This document shows positions 8,831 to 16,385 of a DNA stretch of 24,000 nucleotides, piece after piece. Every line of letters begins with the position of its first letter. The stretch's first letter is position 1. Source of the DNA: Bacillus sp. T3 (GTDB lineage: Bacteria; Bacillota; Bacilli; Bacillales; Cytobacillaceae); assembly GCF_033449965.1 (NCBI RefSeq), contig NZ_CP137761.1:2018550-2042549 (forward strand), in the 5' to 3' direction. The notes under the pieces were generated by a model, which saw only the letters and a list, made by a program, of their open reading frames with translations, made no database searches and was not told the DNA's origin. A program made the position numbers and the translations under genes.

Positions 8831-8993
8831 TTGAGCGAAGCATAACTTTAAAGGTCCTATTCTAAATAAAATACACATCAATGGTCACGTATAAAAACGT
8901 GACCATTATGTGGAAGTCAAGCAAGCTTCAAGCTCACCACTTTATGAACTTAAGTGCCTTCTGCTCAACTGCATCTTACTTACAACCACAACC

Positions 8994-9640
8994 TTATTTC
9001 CGCCCAAAGTCCGCCTTGATTTCTCCGAGGGTGTTTGTATCCCACTTCATAATTTTATTTTGATACGAATTTTCTTTCAGCCATTTTTCTGCCCGCTCAA
9101 TCATCGTCCACACTTCTTCAGTACCGGCATTGCGTACAAGGCTTGTGTTCGCCTTTTTATTCCGGACCCAAGAAAGAGCAGTGACAGAATCTGTATATAT
9201 ATCAGTATTCAATCCGTTTTTATTCAGCAGTGAAAGGGCATGAACGATGGCCAAAAATTCACCGATATTGTTCGTGCCGAGTATCGGACCAAAGTGAAAG
9301 AGGACTTCACCAGTTTTCGTGGAGACACCTTGGTATTCCATCATACCGGGGTTTCCGCTGCAAGCGGCATCAACGGAGATACTGTTCTCGTTCACTACAG
9401 GTTTTTCCTGTGTTTTACTACCTCCACCAGCCTTGTTGGCAGTTGCAGTTTTCCCTTTAGAGGCAGCAGAATAGCTAGTTTTCCCCTTTTAAAGGCTTTT
9501 TCGGCCTCTGCTAAGGAAGGGAAAGATTTAAAGCTAGCGCCTTGAAAGCCTTTTGTTTGCTGTTCGCATTCAGCCCAAGTGTTGAATATTCCTGTTTTTC
9601 GACCTCTCCAAACAACATAATATTTTTTCTTTTCAGCCAT
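8994..9640 (-). pseudogene. rnhA: type 1 ribonuclease H with an N-terminal hybrid-binding (viroplasmin-like) domain, split by a 1-nt frame disruption
   Basis: ORF 9395..9640 encodes KKYYVVWRGRKTGIFNTWAECEQQTKGFQGASFKSF, the RNase H1 N-terminal HBD fold motif. ORF 8994..9395 encodes the catalytic domain (VDAACSGNPG, GTNNIGEFLAIVHAL, IYTDS, IKADFGRK). The frames join across the ggggaaaa run (plus strand 9479-9490). RBS ggaggaaag precedes the ATG at 9640. Confidence 0.8.
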
Positions 9641-9806
9641 GTAATCTTTCCTCCAAAAAACAATCTATGTACAGTTATTTCATTCATTATAACAAACCAA
9701 TTCATCACCCTCCAAAATGTCTTTTTTCTTTTTATTGATTTATAATAAAAGAGAGGTGCGAACGTAGATCTTCTGCATATCAAACTGCTTAAGGAGGTGG
9801 TTTATT

Positions 9807-10217
9807 ATGCTAAGAATGGTCTGGGGATTCTTTTTTCTAGGGAGTAGTGTTTTTAACCTAACCTACACGTTGTCGCAACCAGAATTTTATCAACAATTTG
9901 CTGAAATGGCACTCTTCAAAATTTACTCAGATATGATTGAAACAATAGTGGTGCCGTATGCCGAGTGGTTTACAATCATGCTCGTCATTTTTGAGTTGAC
10001 TGTTGGGATTTTGGTTTTATCCAAAAACATCTATGCACAAATCGGATTGTACGCAAGTCTATTGTTTACTGTCGCACTTATCCCAGTGATTCCGCCGTAT
10101 ACGTTTGTAAATTTTGTCGTGGCGCTTATACCGATTTACTTACTAAGAAAATCCTATCCTAATCCTTTTTATAAAGATTTTTCTAACCTAATGCATCACC
10201 ATCATCATGGGGTATGA
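9807..10217 (+). CDS. small integral membrane protein (about 4 TM helices) with a C-terminal HHHHH tract
   Basis: 136 aa, strongly hydrophobic segments, RBS aaggaggtgg at 9791-9800. I do not recognise a family. Confidence 0.7.
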   Translation: MLRMVWGFFFLGSSVFNLTYTLSQPEFYQQFAEMALFKIYSDMIETIVVPYAEWFTIMLVIFELTVGILVLSKNIYAQIGLYASLLFTVALIPVIPPYTFVNFVVALIPIYLLRKSYPNPFYKDFSNLMHHHHHGV

Positions 10218-10232
10218 TTACATTTTTGTTAA

Positions 10233-10267
10233 AATTCCACAAAAAACTAGTTTTGTGGAATTTTTTA
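10233..10267 (+). terminator. rho-independent terminator
   Basis: Stem aattccacaaaa (10233-10244) / ttttgtggaatt (10251-10262), followed by a T-run. Confidence 0.8.
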
Positions 10268-10310
10268 TATAAACTGATAACATAAGTCGCTCGTACTTGA
10301 GGTGTTTTAC

Positions 10311-11990
10311 ATGATAAGAAAAAGAATCCGCCATATCCAACGCTATCGTGAAATTGTATATGCTTTTATCCGTTATGGATTCGGTTTTATCATAAAGGAA
10401 TTAGGGCTGCTTGAAATCTTATCGTTGCCTAAACGGCTATTTGTCGAAGTGAAAACCGAGTCCCATACGAAAAATATAGGGGAACGCATTAAATTATTTC
10501 TCCAGGATCTTGGTCCGACCTTTGTAAAAATAGGGCAGGTTGCCAGTACTCGTTATGATCTTATCCCTGCTGAGATTATTGAGGAGCTAGAAAAGCTTCA
10601 GGACAATGCCCCCCAATTCGCATATGAAACAGTAGTCGAAACGATTGAACAGGAGCTCGGACACCCGATACATACAATTTTTGAGGAATTTAGTGAAATC
10701 CCACTCGCTGCCGCATCAATAGGACAAGTCCATTATGGTGTATTGAAAACAGGAGAAAAGGTTGCAGTTAAAATTCAACGTCCAAATATCACGCAAATGA
10801 TTGAAACAGATTTAGAAATCCTGCATGACATCGCCTTATTGGCCGAACAGCGCCTTGACTGGGCAGCGCATTATGGAGTTCGTGATATTGTGGATGAATT
10901 CTCCAGGTCACTACGTGAAGAGATTGATTATACAGTTGAAGGTCGAAATTCAGATCGTATTGCCAAACAGTTTGTCGAGGAACCAAAGGTGATTATTCCA
11001 AAGGTGTATTGGGAGTATTCAACGAAAAGAGTCCTGACAATGGAGTATGTTGAAGGGACAAAAGTAAACGAAGAAGACAAGCTCAAACAAATAGGAATTG
11101 ATAAAAAGGAATTAGCAAAGCGAATCATTGATTCCTTATTACATCAAATCTTAATCGATGGATATTTTCACGGGGATCCTCATCCTGGTAATATTTTAGC
11201 ATTGCCGAATAATACCATCATATTTCTGGATTTTGGAATGGTTGGTAAACTCACACCAGAAATGAAATATCATCTTGCTTCCTTGGTAATTGCCCTCATG
11301 CGTAAAAGTACGGATGATATTATTAAATCGATCACGAATATGGGGATTGTACCTGACAATATCAATGTTCCTTCTTTAAGAGGGGAAATTGAGAAATTGA
11401 ACGAAAAATATGTGGATGTTCCATTAAGTCAGACGAGTTTAGGGCAGGTAGTTAATGATTTATTTTTAGTGGCATATCGGCATAGCATCCGCATTCCCTC
11501 GGATTTAACTTTATTAGGAAAAACGCTTCTAACGATGGAAGGGATTGTCGTTAAGCTTGATCCGGAAATAAGCATTTTAAATGTAGCAGAGCCATTTGGA
11601 AAACGACTGCTTTTAGAGCGGTTTTATCCGAAAAAAGTGGCGGGTAGCCTATGGAATCAGTTGGTCAATTTCGGAGAATTGATTGCAGAATTTCCAAAAG
11701 GATTAAAAGAATTAACGCTTCTTTTTAAAAACGGGAAAATGCGCCAAGAAATTTCTTTGCCTGAAATTGATGTGATTCTAGCAAAAGTAAATAAAATTGG
11801 GAATCGGATATCCTTTAGTATCGGTCTCCTCTCGTTTAGCATTATCATGCTGGGGTTAATTTTAGGTGCTTCCATTGCTGGGCAATCTTCATTTTTGCTT
11901 ATGAATATTCCAATTATTGAAATTGGGACTGGATTAGCGTTTTTTATGTTTTTTCTGCTGATTATTTCTATTTTTAGGTCTGGGAAATAG
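10311..11990 (+). CDS. ABC1/UbiB (AarF) atypical protein kinase family protein with C-terminal transmembrane helices
   Basis: Track start is GTG at 10302; the ATG at 10311 follows RBS gaggtg by 6 nt. ABC1 family motifs: LGPTFVKIGQ, AAASIGQVH, VAVKIQRP, YFHGDPHPGNI, FLDFGMVG. Hydrophobic tail. Confidence 0.85.
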   Translation: MIRKRIRHIQRYREIVYAFIRYGFGFIIKELGLLEILSLPKRLFVEVKTESHTKNIGERIKLFLQDLGPTFVKIGQVASTRYDLIPAEIIEELEKLQDNAPQFAYETVVETIEQELGHPIHTIFEEFSEIPLAAASIGQVHYGVLKTGEKVAVKIQRPNITQMIETDLEILHDIALLAEQRLDWAAHYGVRDIVDEFSRSLREEIDYTVEGRNSDRIAKQFVEEPKVIIPKVYWEYSTKRVLTMEYVEGTKVNEEDKLKQIGIDKKELAKRIIDSLLHQILIDGYFHGDPHPGNILALPNNTIIFLDFGMVGKLTPEMKYHLASLVIALMRKSTDDIIKSITNMGIVPDNINVPSLRGEIEKLNEKYVDVPLSQTSLGQVVNDLFLVAYRHSIRIPSDLTLLGKTLLTMEGIVVKLDPEISILNVAEPFGKRLLLERFYPKKVAGSLWNQLVNFGELIAEFPKGLKELTLLFKNGKMRQEISLPEIDVILAKVNKIGNRISFSIGLLSFSIIMLGLILGASIAGQSSFLLMNIPIIEIGTGLAFFMFFLLIISIFRSGK

Positions 11991-12019
11991 AAACGTTTAA
12001 AAGCATCGTTAAATTGTTC

Positions 12020-12275
12020 GTTGATTTCCGCTTCGGGTGCTCCCTTTCCGCGGGGGAGTCCAGGGAGCCTGTCTAGCTGCAGCGGCTAGGGGTTCGCAGG
12101 TCTACAGCCAATCCGTTAAGAAGGTCAAAGAACGACCTTCTTAACGGGTCGTCTTATGCCTGTCGCCCCTTGGCAAGCCGCTTCCGCTTTTCGTTCTCCT
12201 CGGAGCTATAGCGCCTGTGAGGTCTCCCAGGACACCTTCTCCCGCAGGAGTCTCGCACCTTCCACTCCAATCAAC
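12020..12275. repeat. GC-rich palindromic interspersed element, copy 1 (long form, REP/MITE-like)
   Basis: Termini are gttgatttccgc... and ...ccactccaatcaac. Both ends match the element at 15130-15259 in inverted orientation. An internal perfect 14-bp hairpin is ccgttaagaaggtc (12113-12126) / gaccttcttaacgg (12134-12147). Confidence 0.8.
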
Positions 12276-12411
12276 AGATTCCTAAAAAATCAACAACGCT
12301 CTTTAAAAAAGCCATTTTTAAAAATAATTCCCTCGCTTTAGGTAAACAATATTCCTATGTATTCAATTTGCTCAGCAAATTGGCAAAAAAAGCTAAAGGG
12401 GTCTGTTTACC

Positions 12412-13218
12412 ATGGCGCTAACACCAGAGCAAAGGGTCGAATTACATGGTTTCAATAATCTTACGAAAACATTAAGCTTTAATATGTATGATATTTGCTA
12501 TACTACCACCCAAAATGAGCGGGAGGCGTATTTTCATTATATTGATGAACAATACAATGCTGATCGGTTAACACATATTTTAACAAATGTATCTGATATT
12601 ATTGGAGCTCATGTGCTAAATATTGCTAAGCAAGATTATGTTCCTCAAGGAGCCAGTGTTACTTTTTTGGTTTCTGAAGGACCAGTTGTCGAGGTACCTA
12701 AAGGCACGTTTGCAGAATCACCAGGTCCGCTCCCTGAAGCCGTGACGATTGCGCTCGACAAAAGCCATATTACTGTACATACATATCCTGAGTCTCATCC
12801 GGATGATGGTATTAGCACATTTCGCGCTGATATTGATGTTTCAACATGTGGAGAGATTTCACCACTAAAAGCACTGAACTATCTAATCCATTCCTTCGAT
12901 ACCGATATCATGACAATTGATTACCGGGTTCGTGGATTTACAAGAGACATCAGCGGTCATAAGCTGTTTATTGACCATGACATCAGCTCAATACAAAATT
13001 ATATCCCCCACGAAATTAAGGATTTATATCATATGATTGATGTGAATGTGTATCAAGAAAATATTTTCCACACAAAATGTAAATTGCGCGAATTTGATTT
13101 AAACAATTATTTATTTGGTATTACAAAGGAAAACCTTAGTCCAGATGAGGTGAACGATATTACCGAAAAACTACAATATGAAATGGATGAGATTTTTTAC
13201 GGGAAAAATATCATTTGA
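12412..13218 (+). CDS. speD: S-adenosylmethionine decarboxylase proenzyme, long E. coli-type form
   Basis: 268 aa, collinear with my recollection of E. coli SpeD: [85 protein letters not shown]. Confidence 0.9.
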   Translation: MALTPEQRVELHGFNNLTKTLSFNMYDICYTTTQNEREAYFHYIDEQYNADRLTHILTNVSDIIGAHVLNIAKQDYVPQGASVTFLVSEGPVVEVPKGTFAESPGPLPEAVTIALDKSHITVHTYPESHPDDGISTFRADIDVSTCGEISPLKALNYLIHSFDTDIMTIDYRVRGFTRDISGHKLFIDHDISSIQNYIPHEIKDLYHMIDVNVYQENIFHTKCKLREFDLNNYLFGITKENLSPDEVNDITEKLQYEMDEIFYGKNII

Positions 13219-13224
13219 TTATAC

Positions 13225-13254
13225 AAATCCCTTTCGGTTGAAGGGGATTTTTTA
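13225..13254 (+). terminator. rho-independent terminator after speD
   Basis: Stem aaatcccttt (13225-13234) / aaggggattt (13241-13250, one G:T pair), then a T-run. Confidence 0.75.
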
Positions 13255-13412
13255 TATGTAAAAATTAAGCACATTTGTTTAAATTAAGTTGTTAATTGTT
13301 ATATATTGTTAAGATAATACGGTATCATGTGTTTGCAATAGAGAGACGGAGTTTAGGAATGTATCCTGTTTAGTAATCTATTTCTTTTATCCGGAAAAGG
13401 AGGCTGGACCAT

Positions 13413-14114
13413 TTGTATCGCAAGGAATTTTATGTGTTAGATAAAGAAAAAACGATTCCAGCAGTAATTCGAAATTACCAAGAAAAAGACTTTCCAGAAT
13501 TGATCAATATTCAACGAGAAAGCTTTCCTCCGCCTTTTCCATCCGAGTTATGGTGGAACAACGAGCAACTAAGAAGTCATGTTTCACTTTTTCCAGAAGG
13601 AGCATTGTGCATTGAAGTTGATGGAGTATTAGCGGGATCAATGACGGGCCTGCTCGTTCATTTTGATCCATCACAACCCGAACATACATGGGAAGAGATT
13701 ACCGACAATGGCTATATTCGAAATCATAATCCTAAGGGGAATACATTGTATGTAGTGGATATTAGTGTCCGTCCCACTTACCGGAAATTCGGCCTTGGTA
13801 AATGGCTGATGCACTCGATGTACGATGTCGTCATTCATTTGGGGTTAACAAGATTATTGGGCGGAGGGCGAATGCCAGGTTACCATAATCATGCCATTGA
13901 AATGTCACCTGATGAATATCTTGCAGCTGTCGTCCGTGGAGATCTAAAGGATCCCGTCATTACCTTTTTGTTAAGGTGTGGCCGAACGCCTGTAAAAGTG
14001 GTTGCCGACTATTTAGAAGACGAAGAATCACATAATTTTGGGGCTCTGATGGAATGGAGAAATCCTTTTAAGGTTCATGAAGAATCTCAAAGCTCGGTTG
14101 TTGAAAGGACATAG
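13413..14114 (+). CDS. GNAT family N-acetyltransferase
   Basis: 233 aa. TTG start lies 9 nt after RBS aaaggagg. Acetyl-CoA binding-type motif VRPTYRKFGLGKWLM. The last ~20 nt, including the TAG stop, lie inside repeat element copy A. Confidence 0.8.
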   Translation: MYRKEFYVLDKEKTIPAVIRNYQEKDFPELINIQRESFPPPFPSELWWNNEQLRSHVSLFPEGALCIEVDGVLAGSMTGLLVHFDPSQPEHTWEEITDNGYIRNHNPKGNTLYVVDISVRPTYRKFGLGKWLMHSMYDVVIHLGLTRLLGGGRMPGYHNHAIEMSPDEYLAAVVRGDLKDPVITFLLRCGRTPVKVVADYLEDEESHNFGALMEWRNPFKVHEESQSSVVERT

Positions 14115-14286
14115 AGTACCTTATTTTGATAAAATAACCATTTTACTAGACTTAAGTGGACGAAGGATTCGTTATTTATATAAAAACAACTGAAAAGGGC
14201 AAAATAATGATAAAATAACGTACCTGTTGTCCAGGTTAGCCTTTCAAATCGACACTGTTTATGAGAATAACGGAACCTATGTCCGC
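14095..14286 (+). repeat. AT-rich interspersed element of about 192 bp, copy A
   Basis: Collinear and gap-free with 23563-23753, roughly three quarters identical by eye. Shared blocks: cggttRttgaaMggacata, cttattttgaKaaaataaccatttt, agactta, ggac, tatttatataaaaac, actgaa, ttgttgtcc, ttagcct, atgtccgc. Confidence 0.8.
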
Positions 14287-14340
14287 ACCACACCACAAGC
14301 ATAATAAAAAAGACTACACGCAATCTCAATTAGACTGAAA

Positions 14341-14366
14341 GAGGCACTGAAATTTTTCAGTGCCTC
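14341..14366. terminator. hairpin, probable bidirectional terminator
   Basis: gaggcactgaa / ttcagtgcctc 11-bp stem. Weak T-tracts on both strands. It lies between the GNAT gene/element A (+) and the 58-aa ORF (-). Confidence 0.5.
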
Positions 14367-14387
14367 CGTTTGCAAATTTAGCCTTGT

Positions 14388-14564
14388 TTAAGAGAATTTT
14401 TTTAACTCTTCTTCAAAGTAAAAAGTGCTGCGATCTTCTTTAATGGTATAAGAAAATCTTTTCATGTTCTTCACATATTTAAGATTTGAGATTGTAACAG
14501 TCTCACCAGTGTCTTTGATATGAACAGTTTCGCCTGTTTGATATAAGTTTTTTAAGTGTTTCAA
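14388..14564 (-). CDS. 58-aa hypothetical protein (below the ORF-track size cut-off)
   Basis: Hand translation: MKHLKNLYQTGETVHIKDTGETVTISNLKYVKNMKRFSYTIKEDRSTFYFEEELKKFS. TTG start at 14564 lies 7 nt after RBS aaggag. The hairpin at 14341-14366 lies downstream. Confidence 0.5.
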   Translation of the reverse strand: MKHLKNLYQTGETVHIKDTGETVTISNLKYVKNMKRFSYTIKEDRSTFYFEEELKKFS

Positions 14565-14693
14565 ATAGACACTCCTTTTTTAATCTCCTTTAACTATACC
14601 ACAAAAAATCTAGGTTTGTATGTGTCAGTAAATGGATACTCGTAGTTTCATGGTAATTTACAGTTATATTTACTAGGCTTTCCAAACGTAGAC

Positions 14694-14722
14694 TTGCCTA
14701 ACCTTACCAAAACTGATATAAT
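14694..14722 (+). promoter_or_regulatory. sigma-A type promoter for the cold-shock gene
   Basis: -35 ttgcct (14694-14699), 17-nt spacer, extended -10 tgatataat (14714-14722). This predicts a 5' UTR of about 110 nt, as is typical of csp genes. Confidence 0.6.
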
Positions 14723-14838
14723 TAAAAAGAATTATTTTTGTTCCGTATGTAAGGGAAGAACATCAGTTTTCGCCTGGATATCATTGAGAGCAAGAATAGT
14801 AATACAATGTGTGTTTTACACACTAGGAGGCAACATAC

Positions 14839-15039
14839 ATGGAAAACGGTAAAGTAAAATGGTTTAATGCAGAAAAAGGTTTCGGTTTCATCGAGCGCGA
14901 AGGCGGAGAAGACGTATTCGTACATTTCTCAGCTATCCAAGGCGAAGGCTTCAAAACTCTTGAAGAAGGACAAGCAGTTACTTTTGACGTAGAGCAAGGC
15001 GCTCGCGGACCACAAGCTGCTAACGTTCGTAAAAACTAA
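14839..15039 (+). CDS. cspB: major cold shock protein (CspA family)
   Basis: 66 aa. RNP1 KGFGFI and RNP2 VFVHF motifs. Near-identical blocks to B. subtilis CspB ([25 protein letters not shown]). RBS aggagg. Confidence 0.95.
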   Translation: MENGKVKWFNAEKGFGFIEREGGEDVFVHFSAIQGEGFKTLEEGQAVTFDVEQGARGPQAANVRKN

Positions 15040-15056
15040 TTTTAACATTAAACACA

Positions 15057-15090
15057 CAAAACAGACTCATTAATGGGTCTGTTTTTTTTA
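15057..15090 (+). terminator. rho-independent terminator after csp
   Basis: Stem acagactc (15061-15068) / gggtctgt (15075-15082), followed by T8. Confidence 0.85.
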
Positions 15091-15129
15091 TTAAGGCTAT
15101 GTTAAAGCTCATTATTATTTTTGGCACGA

Positions 15130-15259
15130 GTTGATTGGAGCGGAAGGTGCGAAGACTCCTGCGGGAGCAGTGGGACAGGTGAGACCCCGCAGGAGCGTAA
15201 GCGACGAGGAGGCACACCGCCCACCCGCGGAAAGCGAAGCACCTGGAGCGGAAATCAAC
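15130..15259. repeat. GC-rich palindromic interspersed element, copy 2 (short form), inverted relative to copy 1
   Basis: gttgattggagcggaaggtgcgaagactcctgcgggag matches the reverse complement of 12238-12275. cccgcggaaagcgaagcacctggagcggaaatcaac matches the reverse complement of 12020-12054. Confidence 0.8.
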
Positions 15260-15405
15260 ATTCTAATTTAACAACCTTTATTTAAAATATTTGATTTTCA
15301 TATTTTAAACAGAACAGCTTTGGTAAGTTAGGAATAATTAAGCAATATCAAAATAAATATGCTATTATCGATAAGTATAGTTAAAAGAAAAGGAGAAATT
15401 AAGGT

Positions 15406-16317
15406 ATGCGAATTCTTAAATGGATTGCTATGGCTGCAGTGTTAACATTTGCTTTATCAATGGGGACAAGCACCTTAGCATCTGATAACAACAATGACGA
15501 CGATGTGATTAACGAAAAATACGGACTACCAATAGTAGTATATGGAGAAGCCTTATCAGCTAGTCAAAAGGAAGAAGTAAGATCCTTATTGGGGGTTGAT
15601 GATCCAAGCAAGGTAAAGGAAATTACTGTTACAGGTGATGACCTTGTTACATACATCAATGGTGATAGGCACTCCAATATGTATTCATCAGCTAAAATAA
15701 CTCGAAAAGATTCTGGTGAAGGCTTAGTTATCCGCCAGGTTACACCAGAAAATATTACTGAAGTGACAGATGAAATGTATGCGAATGCCTTATTAACTGC
15801 GGGTATTGAGGATGCAGAAGTAGAAGTGGCATCTCCTGTAAAAGTAACAGGTCACTCGGCATTAGTTGGAATTTATAAAGCGTACGATGCCGGTGAAGGT
15901 GCTGGGTTGAATAAGGAAAGAACTGAAGTAGCAAATGAGGAATTAAATTTAGCAACAGATTTAGCAAAACAAGAGGGCTTAGATCAAGATAAAGTTAGTG
16001 AGCTCTTAACAGAAATTAAGAAGGAAATTGCTGCGCAAAATCCAGCTACAAAAGAAGAGGTAGCGCAAATCATTGATGATAAATTGAAATCACTTGGAAT
16101 TGAATTAAGTGATCAAGACCGTCAGCTTCTTATTGATTTGTTTGAAAAAATGCGTGGCTTAAATATTAATTTTGATAATGTGAAATCACAGCTAAATACA
16201 CTTTCACAAGATATCCAAAATCGAATTAGTGAAACGATTGGGGACCCGGGCTTTTTACAAAAAGTCTCTGATTTCTTTAAAGAATTAATCAATAGTATTA
16301 AAAACATTTTTTCATAA
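15406..16317 (+). CDS. ypuA: secreted DUF1002 family protein (YpuA-like)
   Basis: 303 aa. Signal peptide MRILKWIAMAAVLTFALSMGTSTLA. Blocks (ITEVTDEMYANALLTAGIEDAEVEVASP, GHSALVGIYKAY, FLQKVSDFF) are collinear with my recollection of B. subtilis YpuA. Confidence 0.75.
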   Translation: MRILKWIAMAAVLTFALSMGTSTLASDNNNDDDVINEKYGLPIVVYGEALSASQKEEVRSLLGVDDPSKVKEITVTGDDLVTYINGDRHSNMYSSAKITRKDSGEGLVIRQVTPENITEVTDEMYANALLTAGIEDAEVEVASPVKVTGHSALVGIYKAYDAGEGAGLNKERTEVANEELNLATDLAKQEGLDQDKVSELLTEIKKEIAAQNPATKEEVAQIIDDKLKSLGIELSDQDRQLLIDLFEKMRGLNINFDNVKSQLNTLSQDIQNRISETIGDPGFLQKVSDFFKELINSIKNIFS

Positions 16318-16328
16318 TGTTAAAAAAT

Positions 16329-16367
16329 AAAGAAGGTAAGCTTCCAGCCATGGAACTTACCTTCTTT
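16329..16367. terminator. bidirectional rho-independent terminator between the convergent ypuA-like gene and the sigma-54 activator gene
   Basis: 12-bp stem aaagaaggtaag / cttaccttcttt plus an inner ttcc/ggaa pairing. A/T runs lie on both sides. Confidence 0.8.
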
Positions 16368-16385
16368 TCTTTATTTAGGCAGCAC

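Noticed and set aside
8881-9783. Plus-strand ORFs 8881-9063, 8910-9233, 9230-9460, 9240-9545 and 9542-9745, and minus-strand ORF 9511-9783.
   Set aside because: All overlap the RNase H gene or its leader. The minus-strand RNase H reading has unmistakable catalytic and hybrid-binding motifs, while these have none.
10198-10212. The HHHHH tract at the C-terminus of the membrane protein as an engineered His-tag or cloning artefact.
   Set aside because: No vector, linker or protease-site sequence flanks it. The tract is five residues followed by GV in a native-looking context with its own terminator, so it is probably a natural His-rich tail.
12156-12341. ORFs 12156-12341 (+) and 15020-15217 (-) as real genes.
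   Set aside because: Both lie inside the GC-rich interspersed repeat. They are read in different frames and orientations in the two copies, lack an RBS, and have Pro/Arg/Ser-rich composition typical of translated GC-rich repeats.
14087-14329. 80-aa minus-strand ORF across element copy A.
   Set aside because: No equivalent ORF is open across the homologous copy B, so the coding potential is not conserved. No RBS is present.
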